Counted from the stretch's first letter, positions 29,724-42,103 are shown. The stretch: 64,000 nucleotides of DNA from Vulcanimicrobiota bacterium (GCA_050250895.1 JBFWNU010000001.1:1544008-1608007); one strand, 5' to 3'. The notes: generated from the sequence alone by a model not told the origin. Numbers and translations: made by a program.

Positions 29724-31871
29724 TTATTGACCTCCGTCGAGGCAACGCGCGATGTAGCGGGCGACGGTGCGAGCCTCTACTGGATCGACATCCTTGAACT
29801 GAATACCGATATGATATTTATCCTCGACTGGGCGAGTCCAGGCCACCTGGCCAACGACCTGGACCACCGGCAAGCCGAACTCCAGCATCAGTCTTACCGA
29901 AAAGTCTTGCTCTTCGGGCAGAGGAGTGTCGAGCTGAAGGCCCAGGCCTTCGGGCGAGAGGTTGCCTGCATAGCACTCGGTCCACTCTTCCTGGTCCTGG
30001 GCCTTGAGCTGGATGGGCAACAGCCGGTAGAGGCGATAGCGAGAGCGACGATGCATTTCGGACAAGCCTGATAGGAACTGCTCGAGGCGCTCCTTGCTCT
30101 CGTCCACCGGGTTACTGAAGGCCAACCCATGCACGAAGGTTCCCCCCACCAGGTCTCGCATCCAGACCACCCGGCAGGGCAATTCGATGGTGCCTTCCGA
30201 GGCCATTTCGAGTTCGGCCAGGGGAATGGACAGGTCGAATTGACCGTCGGGTAACTGGTGGTCGACATTGACCCGCATCCCCCCGTGGGAGAGGTCGACC
30301 AGGAAAAGGTTCATCGGACGAGTTTCGCCGTTGGCTCGCAACTCGGCCGAAAGGATCTTGTTCAGGCCGGCGTTCTTTCGCGGACTCTGGCGTCGCTCGG
30401 GACGAACTTCCGTCATCGCTCCTCCTGATTCATCCTTCCCTTCGTTCGGCGCCGTTTTCCTGCTAGCGTGTTTTTCAAGCTTGGCCCGCACCTGAGGGGC
30501 CAGGGCTGGGCCGGCTGTCTGGGCGGCTGCTTCTAGATGCGGCCGCATCTCGTCGCTGCGGCCCAACTCTTCGAGCGCACAGGCGATGTTGAACTGGCAA
30601 TTGGCCAACACCTGAGGGTTGGGGTTGGGTTGGCGCTGCCAGATGGCTAAAGCCTGGCGAGCGCACTCCAGGGCTCGCTCGAAGTTCTGGCCAAGAAAGG
30701 CCACCAGTCCGCTGGAAGCCAGCGCCTGAGCCGAGGTCGGATGGTCCGGGCCAAAACGGGTGAGGGTGGCGGCGGTGACTTCGTCCGTGACCGCCAGGGC
30801 CTGCTCGTAATGTCCGGAGTGGTGGTAGAGCTGGGCCAGCTCTTCGAGGGTGGCAAGCACGGCCGGATGCAACTTGCCCAGGCGCAGCCGGAAGATGTCG
30901 AGCGAGCGTTGATAGAGAGTTTCGGCCTCTTCGAGTCGCTGACCCGTCAAGCAGATGCCGGCCAGATTCTTGACCGCCGAACCCACTCGAAAATCGTCTT
31001 GTCCGAAGGCGGCCTCGCGAATGGCCAGCGTCTGTCGACAGGCGTTCTCGGCCTGGTCCAGCTGCCCTAAGGACGCATAGGTGGCCGCCAGCGACTCGAG
31101 AGCGTCGCCCACCATCGGATGACTGGGCCCCAGACGATTGACCAAAATCTCGTGCCCCTGACGTTGATAAGAAACGGCCTGAGCCAGATTGCCCGAGGCC
31201 TGGAGCTGATGGCCCACGGCCAGCAGTACCTGGGCCATCTGAGGGTCCTGGTCACCCAGGCGACTCTGATACAGCCTCAGGCCTCGCTGGCGAGAGGCCT
31301 CGGCCCCAACGTGATCGCCGCTTTGCTCCTGGGCCTGGGATAGCTGCAAGAGCGCGGCTGCAACCTGGGCATGGTCGACGCCGTAGTGACGCATGCGCGC
31401 CGTGACCATTTCGCGCAACACTTCGACGGCCCGGCCGGGGCGACGTTGCTCGGTATAGAAGTTGGCCAGACTCTCCAGGGTCTGGTCGAGGCGTTCCGGA
31501 GGGGCCTGGCGGGCCAGTTCGAGAGACTCGGTCAGATAACGTTCGGCCTGCTCGGTGCGGCCTAACTCCTGGCAGACGGTGGCTAGATTGGATAGGGCCA
31601 GTCCGACTTCCGGGTGGGTTTGACCGAGGTTCTCGACCGTGATTCCCAGCGCTCGTTGAAGCAGCTCGAAGCTTGAATTCAGCTTGCCTTGAGCCTGGTG
31701 GGCCGCGGCCAGATTGTTGAGCGTCAGAGCCAGCCGTGGGTCCACCGCCCCGAACTGGTCGGCTTGCTCAAGAGCAGCCACGTAAGCCTCTTCTGCTTGC
31801 TGGTAGTCTTGTCGGGAGAACGCTTCTTTGCCGAGGTTGATGAAGGTCTCCCAGAGATAGGGGTCACTCAT
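29724..31871 (-). CDS. Kinesin-light-chain-type TPR protein with two C-terminal PilZ domains
   Basis: G..HP.V...L.NLA repeats; RRQSPR + DLSHGG and RRSRYR + NLSPEG. Confidence 0.85.
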   Translation of the reverse strand: MSDPYLWETFINLGKEAFSRQDYQQAEEAYVAALEQADQFGAVDPRLALTLNNLAAAHQAQGKLNSSFELLQRALGITVENLGQTHPEVGLALSNLATVCQELGRTEQAERYLTESLELARQAPPERLDQTLESLANFYTEQRRPGRAVEVLREMVTARMRHYGVDHAQVAAALLQLSQAQEQSGDHVGAEASRQRGLRLYQSRLGDQDPQMAQVLLAVGHQLQASGNLAQAVSYQRQGHEILVNRLGPSHPMVGDALESLAATYASLGQLDQAENACRQTLAIREAAFGQDDFRVGSAVKNLAGICLTGQRLEEAETLYQRSLDIFRLRLGKLHPAVLATLEELAQLYHHSGHYEQALAVTDEVTAATLTRFGPDHPTSAQALASSGLVAFLGQNFERALECARQALAIWQRQPNPNPQVLANCQFNIACALEELGRSDEMRPHLEAAAQTAGPALAPQVRAKLEKHASRKTAPNEGKDESGGAMTEVRPERRQSPRKNAGLNKILSAELRANGETRPMNLFLVDLSHGGMRVNVDHQLPDGQFDLSIPLAELEMASEGTIELPCRVVWMRDLVGGTFVHGLAFSNPVDESKERLEQFLSGLSEMHRRSRYRLYRLLPIQLKAQDQEEWTECYAGNLSPEGLGLQLDTPLPEEQDFSVRLMLEFGLPVVQVVGQVAWTRPVEDKYHIGIQFKDVDPVEARTVARYIARCLDGGQ

Positions 31872-32086
31872 AGTATCGATTCGCGTCGAATTCGAGCCAA
31901 TCGTTCCAGAGCCTGCATCCCCTCGGGGCTTAGTGGCGGTTTTCGAGGGCGCAGCCGAGGGAAGACCTCGTCGCGGATTTCGGACTTGAGCGCTTCCACT
32001 TCCTGGCGCAGGTGGGCGATCTGCTCGCACAGTAGCTGCACCGCCTCTTCGAGCTGGAAGCTCAATTCCTGGGTGGGATCTTTCAC
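31868..32086 (-). CDS. Small coiled-coil hypothetical protein
   Basis: GTG start; heptad pattern; stop overlaps the TPR-PilZ start. Confidence 0.6.
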   Translation of the reverse strand: MKDPTQELSFQLEEAVQLLCEQIAHLRQEVEALKSEIRDEVFPRLRPRKPPLSPEGMQALERLARIRRESIL

Positions 32087-32158
32087 CTGAATAAACTTCA
32101 ATTGTTTGGCTCTTAGCCCTTCCGAAGGAACGACAGAAAGGGACGGGAATGCTAGGGA

Positions 32159-34321
32159 ATGAGCATCACCGTGTCCAGCCTGCCTCGGGGGGGCAAGCTC
32201 GTCCAGTTGGGGGATCTGCGCGTTCAACTGGCTTCTTATCCCGAGACGATCAAGGACACGCTGGCCGAAGAGGTTCCGCGCATCTTCGTCCTACCCAGCC
32301 GGCTATTCGATAGCGAACTGGGGGTAAGCGTCTCGGATGTCGAGTTTCCCATCTATTACCATTACTATCTCTTTCACCGCCAGGTGACCCTGGTCTGTCG
32401 GGCCGAGCAGGTGCGACCTATTTTGCGCACGCTGAGTGAAGCGGTTTTCGGGCCGTATCGTATCGACATCGAGAACGAGTATGTAATGGGGGCACAGACT
32501 CCGGGCTTTCCCGACCTCAAAGCCGAGTGCGAGTTTTATCGGCGGGTGGCGGCTCCCTCGGGCCGTCTGCGCTTGCGCGACCTGCTCGACCTGGTGCTTT
32601 TTGACGACCAGGGCACGGCCACCGTCGAAGGCGTCGAGATTCGCTGTCTCGAGCGCGAGACATTTCGCTTCACCTATCAGGGCGAGTCGGTCGAGGTCAG
32701 CCACGAGCCGCTACCCCGCGACTTCAAGAGCAAAGGGCGGACCCGCTGTTTCGAGCCTCCGTCCTTTGGCGTTACGGTCATCGGCAGCGGGCACGGCTTT
32801 GATGCCGAGACGGTGACGGCCGGATTTGTGGTTTGGGTGAACGGCAAAGGCGTGCTGGTCGACCCGCCGGTCCACACCACCCGATGGTTTCATGAAAGCG
32901 GCATTGACCACCGCCTGGTCGACGACATCATCCTGACGCATTGTCATGCCGATCACGACTCGGGCACGCTGCAGATGATCTTGCGCGAAGGACGCATGGT
33001 GTTGCATACCACCCCCACCGTCCTCAAGAGCTTCATCACCAAGTATCGCTCCATCACCGGCCTGCAGCAGCGCGACTTCATGCGTTTATTCAAGTATTCG
33101 CCGGTGGGGATCGACCAGCCCGTCAACATCTGTGGAGCCGAGTTTCGCTTCAAGTACCGTCTGCACTCGGTGCCCACCGTGGGCTTTGAGGTCTTTTACC
33201 GCGGCAAGTCGTTCGTCTATTCCTCCGACACCGTCTATTGCGAGCCGACCATTCGTCGCCTGCATAGTGAAGGCGTGCTGTCGGCCTCGCGGCTAGAGGA
33301 CTTGCTGACCTTTCCCTGGGACCACTCGTTGGTACTGCATGAGACGGGTATCGGTCCCGTCCATACTCCGGTGGCGGCGCTGGCTGCCCTGCCCGACGAC
33401 GTCAAGCGGCATCTGCTGGTGATCCACGCGTCTTCGCGAATGATTCCACCCGAGTCGGGCCTCAGACTGGTGCCCACCGGGGTCGAGAACACCCTGCGCA
33501 TCGAGGTCGAAGACGAGCCACGAGACGCCACCTTGCGATTGCTCGAGCTACTGGCTCATATCGACATGTTCCGCTCGCTGACGGTCGAAAAAGCTGTCGA
33601 ATTTGCCCGCATGGTGCGCTGCGAGCGGTACGAACCGGGCCAGAGCATCCTGGCCGAAGGCATGCAGGGCGAGCGCTTCTACATGGTGCTCTCGGGCGAG
33701 GTCGAGGTGTCCCGGGCCGGCAAGACTCTGGCCCGCCTGGGTCGTTATGAGTATTTCGGCGAGATCTCGGCTCTCTTTGGCACCGGTCGCACGGCCGACG
33801 TGACCGCCCGGAGCGCGGTCGAACTGGCTTCGCTCTCGCGCGACGACTTTTTTTACTTCATGCGGGGAACCCATCTGCCCGGCCTGCTGCGACGCCTGGC
33901 CGAGAATCGCGTGATGGGCTGTTGGAACCTGCTCGAAGAGAACGCCCTGTTCAGCTCGCTGACCAGCTACCAGAAGACCATTCTTCTCTCCACCTTGAGC
34001 ATCACCGAACGGCGTAGTGGCGACACTCTGTTTGCCGAAGGCGAACCAGTCGAGCACTATTTTTTGGTCGAACTCGGCGATATCCGCATTTCGAAGTCCA
34101 GCGGCAAGCAGTACGAGGTGGGCCGAGGAGCCTTGCTTGGCAGGGTCGAGCGAAACCTCGAGGCTTGCCACCATTTGACCACGGCTACCTGTCTGACCGA
34201 CTGCATTCTCTACGCCATCGACGGCTCAGATTGGAGGCGCTTTCTGGCCACCAATCCGGGCGTCTACATGTCCTTGGTCGAACGGATGGAGACCAGCAAC
34301 ACCTACAGCTTCGTCAGTTGA
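32159..34321 (+). CDS. Metallo-beta-lactamase-fold hydrolase with two cNMP-binding domains (putative cyclic-nucleotide phosphodiesterase)
   Basis: THCHADH, HSVPT, YSSDT; YFGEISAL..RTADV. Confidence 0.85.
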   Translation: MSITVSSLPRGGKLVQLGDLRVQLASYPETIKDTLAEEVPRIFVLPSRLFDSELGVSVSDVEFPIYYHYYLFHRQVTLVCRAEQVRPILRTLSEAVFGPYRIDIENEYVMGAQTPGFPDLKAECEFYRRVAAPSGRLRLRDLLDLVLFDDQGTATVEGVEIRCLERETFRFTYQGESVEVSHEPLPRDFKSKGRTRCFEPPSFGVTVIGSGHGFDAETVTAGFVVWVNGKGVLVDPPVHTTRWFHESGIDHRLVDDIILTHCHADHDSGTLQMILREGRMVLHTTPTVLKSFITKYRSITGLQQRDFMRLFKYSPVGIDQPVNICGAEFRFKYRLHSVPTVGFEVFYRGKSFVYSSDTVYCEPTIRRLHSEGVLSASRLEDLLTFPWDHSLVLHETGIGPVHTPVAALAALPDDVKRHLLVIHASSRMIPPESGLRLVPTGVENTLRIEVEDEPRDATLRLLELLAHIDMFRSLTVEKAVEFARMVRCERYEPGQSILAEGMQGERFYMVLSGEVEVSRAGKTLARLGRYEYFGEISALFGTGRTADVTARSAVELASLSRDDFFYFMRGTHLPGLLRRLAENRVMGCWNLLEENALFSSLTSYQKTILLSTLSITERRSGDTLFAEGEPVEHYFLVELGDIRISKSSGKQYEVGRGALLGRVERNLEACHHLTTATCLTDCILYAIDGSDWRRFLATNPGVYMSLVERMETSNTYSFVS

Positions 34322-35430
34322 GGACTGAGGATTTTCGAGAGCCCGGTCAACAGCAGGTCGACGTAGCGTGATTGGGCCGAGTGCCCCATCAGTCCGACCC
34401 GCCAGGCCCGACCCTTGAAATCACCAAGCCCACCGGCGATCTCGATGCCGTAGTCGTGCATGAGCTGGTGGCGAACGCTAGCCTCGTCGACCCCAACCGG
34501 AGCCAGCACCGTGGTCAGGGTGGGCAGGCGATGCTCCTTGGCCACCACCAGCGGCAGACCCAGTTCGTCCAGGCCGGCCCACAACTGCTCGGCCACCTTT
34601 TGGATGTGAGCGACGCGCCGGGGTAGACCTTCTTCCTCGATCAGCTTGAGAGCCTCATAGAGCGCGTAGGTCAGGTTGATGGGGCCGGTGTGGTGATAAG
34701 CGGCCGGCCGGCGCCAGTAGCTCAGGTTCAACATCACGTCGAGATACCACGACGAGCAGGGCTTGTTGCGCCTCTCGATGCGAGCCATCGCTTGGGGCCC
34801 GAAGGTGATCGGCGAGATGCCGGGAGGCGCGCTCAAGCATTTCTGGGCGCCGGTGTAGGCGCAGTCGACCCCCCAGGCGTCGGTTTCGAATTCGACTCCA
34901 CCCAGCGAGGCTACCGTGTCGACCAGAATCAGGGCCTGGTACTGGCGCGCCAGTTCGGCCAGAGGCAAGATGTCTTGCCTGACTCCGGTGCTGGTCTCGC
35001 CGTGGACGACCGTGACCAGGTCGGCCCGACCCAGCTTGGCCAGAGTCGCCTTGAGGTCGGTCGGATCGATCGGCTGCCCCCAGGGGGCGGTGACCAGGTG
35101 CAGATCGGCTCCGGCCCGCTCGAGCATCTGGCGCATCCGGTCTCCGAAATAGCCGTGCACGCAGCAGACCACCGTATTCCCCGGCTCGACCAGGTTATAG
35201 AGCGCGCACTCCATGGCCGCCGTGCCGCCGCCGGTGACTGCGAAAGTGGCCTCGTTTTCGGTTTTGAAGACCAGGCGTAGCAGGCGTTGCACCTCTTCCA
35301 TCAGGGCCAGATAGGTGCTGTCGAGATGGCCCACCGTGGGGCGGGCCATGGCCGTCAGGACCCGGGCCGGGACATTGCTCGGACCAGGACCCAGCAGAAT
35401 GCGTTCGGGAGGATCGAAGTGAAAGCTCAT
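34303..35430 (-). CDS. Alanine-glyoxylate/serine-pyruvate aminotransferase (class V PLP)
   Basis: [43 protein letters not shown]. Confidence 0.93.
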   Translation of the reverse strand: MSFHFDPPERILLGPGPSNVPARVLTAMARPTVGHLDSTYLALMEEVQRLLRLVFKTENEATFAVTGGGTAAMECALYNLVEPGNTVVCCVHGYFGDRMRQMLERAGADLHLVTAPWGQPIDPTDLKATLAKLGRADLVTVVHGETSTGVRQDILPLAELARQYQALILVDTVASLGGVEFETDAWGVDCAYTGAQKCLSAPPGISPITFGPQAMARIERRNKPCSSWYLDVMLNLSYWRRPAAYHHTGPINLTYALYEALKLIEEEGLPRRVAHIQKVAEQLWAGLDELGLPLVVAKEHRLPTLTTVLAPVGVDEASVRHQLMHDYGIEIAGGLGDFKGRAWRVGLMGHSAQSRYVDLLLTGLSKILSPQLTKL

Positions 35431-35446
35431 GACCGAGCCTTCCTGG

Positions 35447-36910
35447 TTACAGGCCGACCACCTCTTTGCGACGCCGGACCTCGTAGGTCAGTTCCAGCTC
35501 ACGACGACCGCGGGGGCCAAGCTCGACTTGCCAGCGCACCAGGCCGTCGGCATCGGGCTCGTTTTTTTGGCAGCTGATTTCGACCTGCTTGATTTCCGAC
35601 ACGGGGACCCGCTCGATGACGGTCAGGTGACGCGGCTCGAGCCCCAGATTCGAGAGCTTGAGAGTGATGGTGTGCTCGGTTTTGCGCCAGCCGCCGGTAA
35701 GATCGGCTTTGCTCTCTTCGCTCTTCTTGGCGGTGCGCTGGACGCGCAGGGCCGGGTCGGGACCCCAACTGAGTTGGAACTTCTCGTTGGGAGCCAGATA
35801 CAGCACCTGGCCGCGACCCACCAGTCCGCCCTCACGAATCAGGTCGACCGGGCCGGCCAGGACCGGATGGCTCGAGGTGTTGACCGCCATCGTCTTCTCG
35901 ATGACCTCGCAGGCCAACTCGGCGGTCAACACGCGCTCGACGGAGGTCTCGACCTTGAATTCGAACAGGCTGGTGCGCACCGGCTGACCGTCGCTGGGCA
36001 CGCTGGTCAGGCTCAGGGCTTTGAGCTTGACCACCTCGCCACCATCATCGATGCCGGGCAACTCGGGCGGACCCAGCTGAGGTCGGAGTCCGCCCTCGGG
36101 TTCGAGTGCTTGCACCTCCTGGTCGCGCTCAGCCACCACGACCTCGGTCTGCTTACGCTGGCTGGCCAGATAGTCCACTCCGAGCTCGGGAGGGTCCACT
36201 CCCTGGGTCGGTCGTTGAGTCGAAAACCACAACTCGACCTCCGGCCAATCTTCGCCAGTGTTTTGCCAGACACAACCGTCACATCGAAAGGTCAGGGTGG
36301 GACCGGCCAGACTGGCCTGGTGGTAGGGCCTCCAACAAGCTCCGGGCACGCAGTATTCCAGGCTGACCCGGTAGGCGCCGGCCTGTTCGACCCGCAATTC
36401 GAGTTCGATACGGGCCTGCGGTGGGGGCGGCGCGGCTGGCGCCGGCTGGCCTGCTCGAGCCAGTTCGGACAGTTCGGTGCGAAGACGGCCTTGCTCAGCC
36501 AGCAAGTCGTCTTGCCACTGCTCCAGCTCTTGTAGCCGGGCCGGCCAGTTCTCCGTGGGCGTCTGATGGTGAGCCACCGCCAGCATGAGTTGGTCGAGAA
36601 ACTGGGAGTAGACCTCTTTGCTCTGGGTGAGCTGCTGCTCGACCATCTGCAATTGCTCCTGGAGTTCCTCGTTCTCGACCGGCTTGGGAGGGACGGGCTC
36701 GAGTTTTGGCCGCCAGCGGCGCAGGCGAGCGTCGATGACCTGACAGCTCGCCCCCTCGACGGTGGCGCTCAGGGTCTTGTCCACGGCCAGCGGTGTGACA
36801 GCCTCGATTTCCAGGCGATGGACCCCGGCCTCAAGGTCCAGTTTGCCGGCCCGGGTTACATAGGCTCTGTCCTCGAGCAAGGTGACTTTGGTGATCGGTA
36901 GCTGGCTCAT
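35447..36910 (-). CDS. DUF4140/DUF4139 (MuiA-like) protein
   Basis: VTLLEDRAYVTR, WRPYH, QNTGEDW, ERVPVS. Confidence 0.85.
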   Translation of the reverse strand: MSQLPITKVTLLEDRAYVTRAGKLDLEAGVHRLEIEAVTPLAVDKTLSATVEGASCQVIDARLRRWRPKLEPVPPKPVENEELQEQLQMVEQQLTQSKEVYSQFLDQLMLAVAHHQTPTENWPARLQELEQWQDDLLAEQGRLRTELSELARAGQPAPAAPPPPQARIELELRVEQAGAYRVSLEYCVPGACWRPYHQASLAGPTLTFRCDGCVWQNTGEDWPEVELWFSTQRPTQGVDPPELGVDYLASQRKQTEVVVAERDQEVQALEPEGGLRPQLGPPELPGIDDGGEVVKLKALSLTSVPSDGQPVRTSLFEFKVETSVERVLTAELACEVIEKTMAVNTSSHPVLAGPVDLIREGGLVGRGQVLYLAPNEKFQLSWGPDPALRVQRTAKKSEESKADLTGGWRKTEHTITLKLSNLGLEPRHLTVIERVPVSEIKQVEISCQKNEPDADGLVRWQVELGPRGRRELELTYEVRRRKEVVGL

Positions 36911-38949
36911 TCTTCCCTCCGGTTTCCGCCCACGACTTCGAGCTTGGAGGACAGGTCGATGCGATAGTTGGCCTGCAGCACCCGCTCTTCGGCTTTGGCC
37001 AGGCGAACCACCCAGCGTCGCTGCCCGGGATGGCCGTCGGGCAGAGCTTCCCAGGCTGGTTCGACCTCTCCCTCGATGACCTGGATCTCCTTCTCGCCCT
37101 CGGTGGCCACCGGCAGGCGCTCCCGCACCTCGAGGGTCACCTCGCGGTTGGTGCGGTTGGCCACCTCGAGATGGAGCGAATGATGCAGCTGCAGGGTCCC
37201 GCCCATCATGCCGGCGGTGGTCTCTTGGTAGTCGACGTTGCGGGCCACCTTGACCCCCTGCTCTACGCCCAGTCCCAGTTCTAGCGTCGAGCCGGGCACC
37301 ACATCGCCAATGGTGGTACTGAGCAGATAGTCACCCCCGACCATCAGGTCAGCCGGACCGGCCGGCAGGGCCAGATCGGCCAGGCTCTCGACGCGAGCCC
37401 GCCGGAAGACATCGCGGGTGACCCTGGGCACGCAGACGAGATGCTTCTCGGCGGTCAGGCTATGGGTGGCCAGGGGCAGGGTGTGGTAATCGGCCCCGCT
37501 TGGCACATCGACCGGGCATTGGCCACAATAGAGATAATCGAACCCGTCGATGGATTGGGGCAGGCGATAGCCCGACGGTAGAGGCACCTGAAGGGCCCGA
37601 GCGCTTTCTTGACGAGCCGCGCCGAGAAGCTGGTCGGGACTGGCGGTAGGCGGGCTGCCGGCTTCGACCCAGGCGCGCCGGGCGGCGACCACGGGATCCT
37701 GACGCGTGAGCCTGCCCCGACCGGGTTCATCGGGACCGGGCATGCGCAGGGCTGAGTAGGCCAGGTGCTCGCTCCCGACCTCGAAGGCAGGCTCTGGTTC
37801 GGGTCGAGGTATCGAGGGGGGACCCTTCCTCTTCTTGGCCACATCGGTCAGGCGCGAGCGGGATTGGCCCATGCTCAGGCGGGCCAGCCCCCCGGTTGGC
37901 GCAGCGCGCGGCGGTGCAGGGGGCATAGCGGCGGCCATAGCTCCGGCCGGGGCGCTACCGAACAGGTCATCGGCGGCCCCTCCGCCTGCCCCCTCAAAGA
38001 GGTCAGTCTCTTCCCGGTCGAAGAGGCAGGTTTCGAGTTCCAGGTCGGCCAGAATTTCGGGCTCAGGTTCGGGCGCTGGTGGCGACTCTCCCAGACGGGC
38101 ATAGTCTCGATACAGTTCTTCGACCCCGGTCGGCGGGGGCCGCCACCCCGCTTTGGCGGGCCCGGGTTGATGGCGTCCGATACGGCGACTGGCGAGTTCG
38201 GGTACCTCTTTCCAGCCGGTGGGCTGGCTGGTCGCCACTCGTAGATTGACCCCCATCCAGGGCTCGCCGGTGGTCTGGCACACGGCGACCCGCATCAATA
38301 GCTCGACCATCGACAGATCACGGTCGAAGCGAAAGGTGTAGGCGGGGGCCCACAATACCCCGGGCACCTGATAACTGACTTTGAGTCGCCCTACCGACCC
38401 CTGGCCAGCCACCGTGACTACTACCGAACGGGTCAGACGGGAGCCTTTGGCCAACTCTTGCTGGACCTTGTGCTCGGCCACCGCCAACTCGTCGACCTGC
38501 TGGCGCAGCTCACGGATCCGTCGGGAAATCTCGGACAGATGCCGGTTACGCACCTCGAGAAGTAGGCGCCGTCCATCGAGATCGAATCGGAAGGTGGGTT
38601 CTTGGGTCGGCTGGCCCGTAGACGGCGGGGGCGAGCTGAGAGTGCCAAGCTTAGCCGCTCGCGCTTCGAGGTTGCGAATGCCGGTCATAAGAATATGGCG
38701 TTGCTGGCTGCGGGCAGCGGCGGACTGGCTGTCAGGCCAGGGACCCGCTTGATAGAGATACTCCACCCGGTGACTCACGGCCACCAGTCCTTCACCTTCG
38801 ATCGCGGCCCGGACCGAGGTCTCGTCGAGGCTCAGCGGCAGGTCGTCAAGGCGAACCTGGCCGGGGCCGCTGAGCTCGGCCACCCGCTCGACGAGAGCTG
38901 TCTGATGGTAGATGGTGACCGATTCGATGCGAGAAGTGAGGGTTTCCAT
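36907..38949 (-). CDS. DUF4140/DUF4139 protein (paralog)
   Basis: SRIESVTIY, WAPAY, QTTGEPW, ERLPV, GGNRRE. Confidence 0.85.
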   Translation of the reverse strand: METLTSRIESVTIYHQTALVERVAELSGPGQVRLDDLPLSLDETSVRAAIEGEGLVAVSHRVEYLYQAGPWPDSQSAAARSQQRHILMTGIRNLEARAAKLGTLSSPPPSTGQPTQEPTFRFDLDGRRLLLEVRNRHLSEISRRIRELRQQVDELAVAEHKVQQELAKGSRLTRSVVVTVAGQGSVGRLKVSYQVPGVLWAPAYTFRFDRDLSMVELLMRVAVCQTTGEPWMGVNLRVATSQPTGWKEVPELASRRIGRHQPGPAKAGWRPPPTGVEELYRDYARLGESPPAPEPEPEILADLELETCLFDREETDLFEGAGGGAADDLFGSAPAGAMAAAMPPAPPRAAPTGGLARLSMGQSRSRLTDVAKKRKGPPSIPRPEPEPAFEVGSEHLAYSALRMPGPDEPGRGRLTRQDPVVAARRAWVEAGSPPTASPDQLLGAARQESARALQVPLPSGYRLPQSIDGFDYLYCGQCPVDVPSGADYHTLPLATHSLTAEKHLVCVPRVTRDVFRRARVESLADLALPAGPADLMVGGDYLLSTTIGDVVPGSTLELGLGVEQGVKVARNVDYQETTAGMMGGTLQLHHSLHLEVANRTNREVTLEVRERLPVATEGEKEIQVIEGEVEPAWEALPDGHPGQRRWVVRLAKAEERVLQANYRIDLSSKLEVVGGNRREE

Positions 38950-38980
38950 GGGTGGATTTTACAGCTTTACTGTTAAAGTG

Positions 38981-39394
38981 TCAACTTTCAAGTTTCTCGA
39001 TGGCCTGCCGCAGCCTCTCGGGTAGCGGTTCACTGCGGCCGCTCTCGTAGTCGTAGTAAACAATCACGCCTTCTCCTCGGGCTGCTTCTTTTTGTTGAGC
39101 CTGGCTAAAGATACGATACGCCATGGTGAAGCTCGAATTGCCCAGGCGGGTGACGCCGGTCTCGGCCACGATGGTGTCGGGAAAAGTCAGGGGGACAAGA
39201 AAGTCGCAACGCGTGCTGGCCAGGATCGGACCGGCCTTGCTTTCGCGGCTCTGGGCCAATCCAGTGGCCTGGAAATAGGCGATCCGCGCCGATTCGAAAA
39301 AGCGAAAGTAGTTGGTGTTGTTGACGTGCGCAAAGGCATCCATGTCTCCCCAGGCGATGGGGATCTCTAGTTTGATCGGAAACTTCGTGTCCAT
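38981..39394 (-). CDS. Acyl-CoA thioesterase (4HBT/YbgC family)
   Basis: WGDMDAFAHVNNTNYFRFFESAR. Confidence 0.93.
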   Translation of the reverse strand: MDTKFPIKLEIPIAWGDMDAFAHVNNTNYFRFFESARIAYFQATGLAQSRESKAGPILASTRCDFLVPLTFPDTIVAETGVTRLGNSSFTMAYRIFSQAQQKEAARGEGVIVYYDYESGRSEPLPERLRQAIEKLES

Positions 39395-39418
39395 GGCGCC
39401 CCCTCCGAGATGTCTGGC

Positions 39419-41947
<2,529 letters not shown>

Positions 41948-41952
41948 CGGAC

Positions 41953-42048
41953 AAAAAAAAAGAGAGCTGCCAGACGGGGTTGAGGAAGTTTGCAGGAGGG
42001 TCCACAACGTAGGAAAGGGTTTGTCTGGCAGCTCGTTGTTTTGTTCTT
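41953..42048 (-). ncRNA. Candidate ~96-nt small RNA (Y-RNA-like or anti-SD sRNA)
   Basis: Perfect 12-bp stem 41964-41975/42023-42034, inner stem, C/U-rich loops, U9 tail, upstream sigma70-like promoter. Confidence 0.55.
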
Positions 42049-42054
42049 GCCCTT

Positions 42055-42083
42055 ATTGTAGGCAGACGGAGGTGGGCCGCCAA
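42055..42083 (-). promoter_or_regulatory. Sigma70-type promoter for the candidate sRNA
   Basis: TTGGCG-N17-TACAAT on the minus strand. Confidence 0.6.
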
Positions 42084-42103
42084 CCCTTAAGTTGTTGCTC
42101 GCT

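Noticed and set aside
41964-42034. Plain rho-independent terminator, 6S RNA, tRNA, or plus-strand CsrB-like RNA (three AGGA)
   Set aside because: 47-nt loop is too large for a terminator; too short for 6S; no T-arm or cloverleaf; promoter and U tail favour the minus strand (plus strand not fully excluded)
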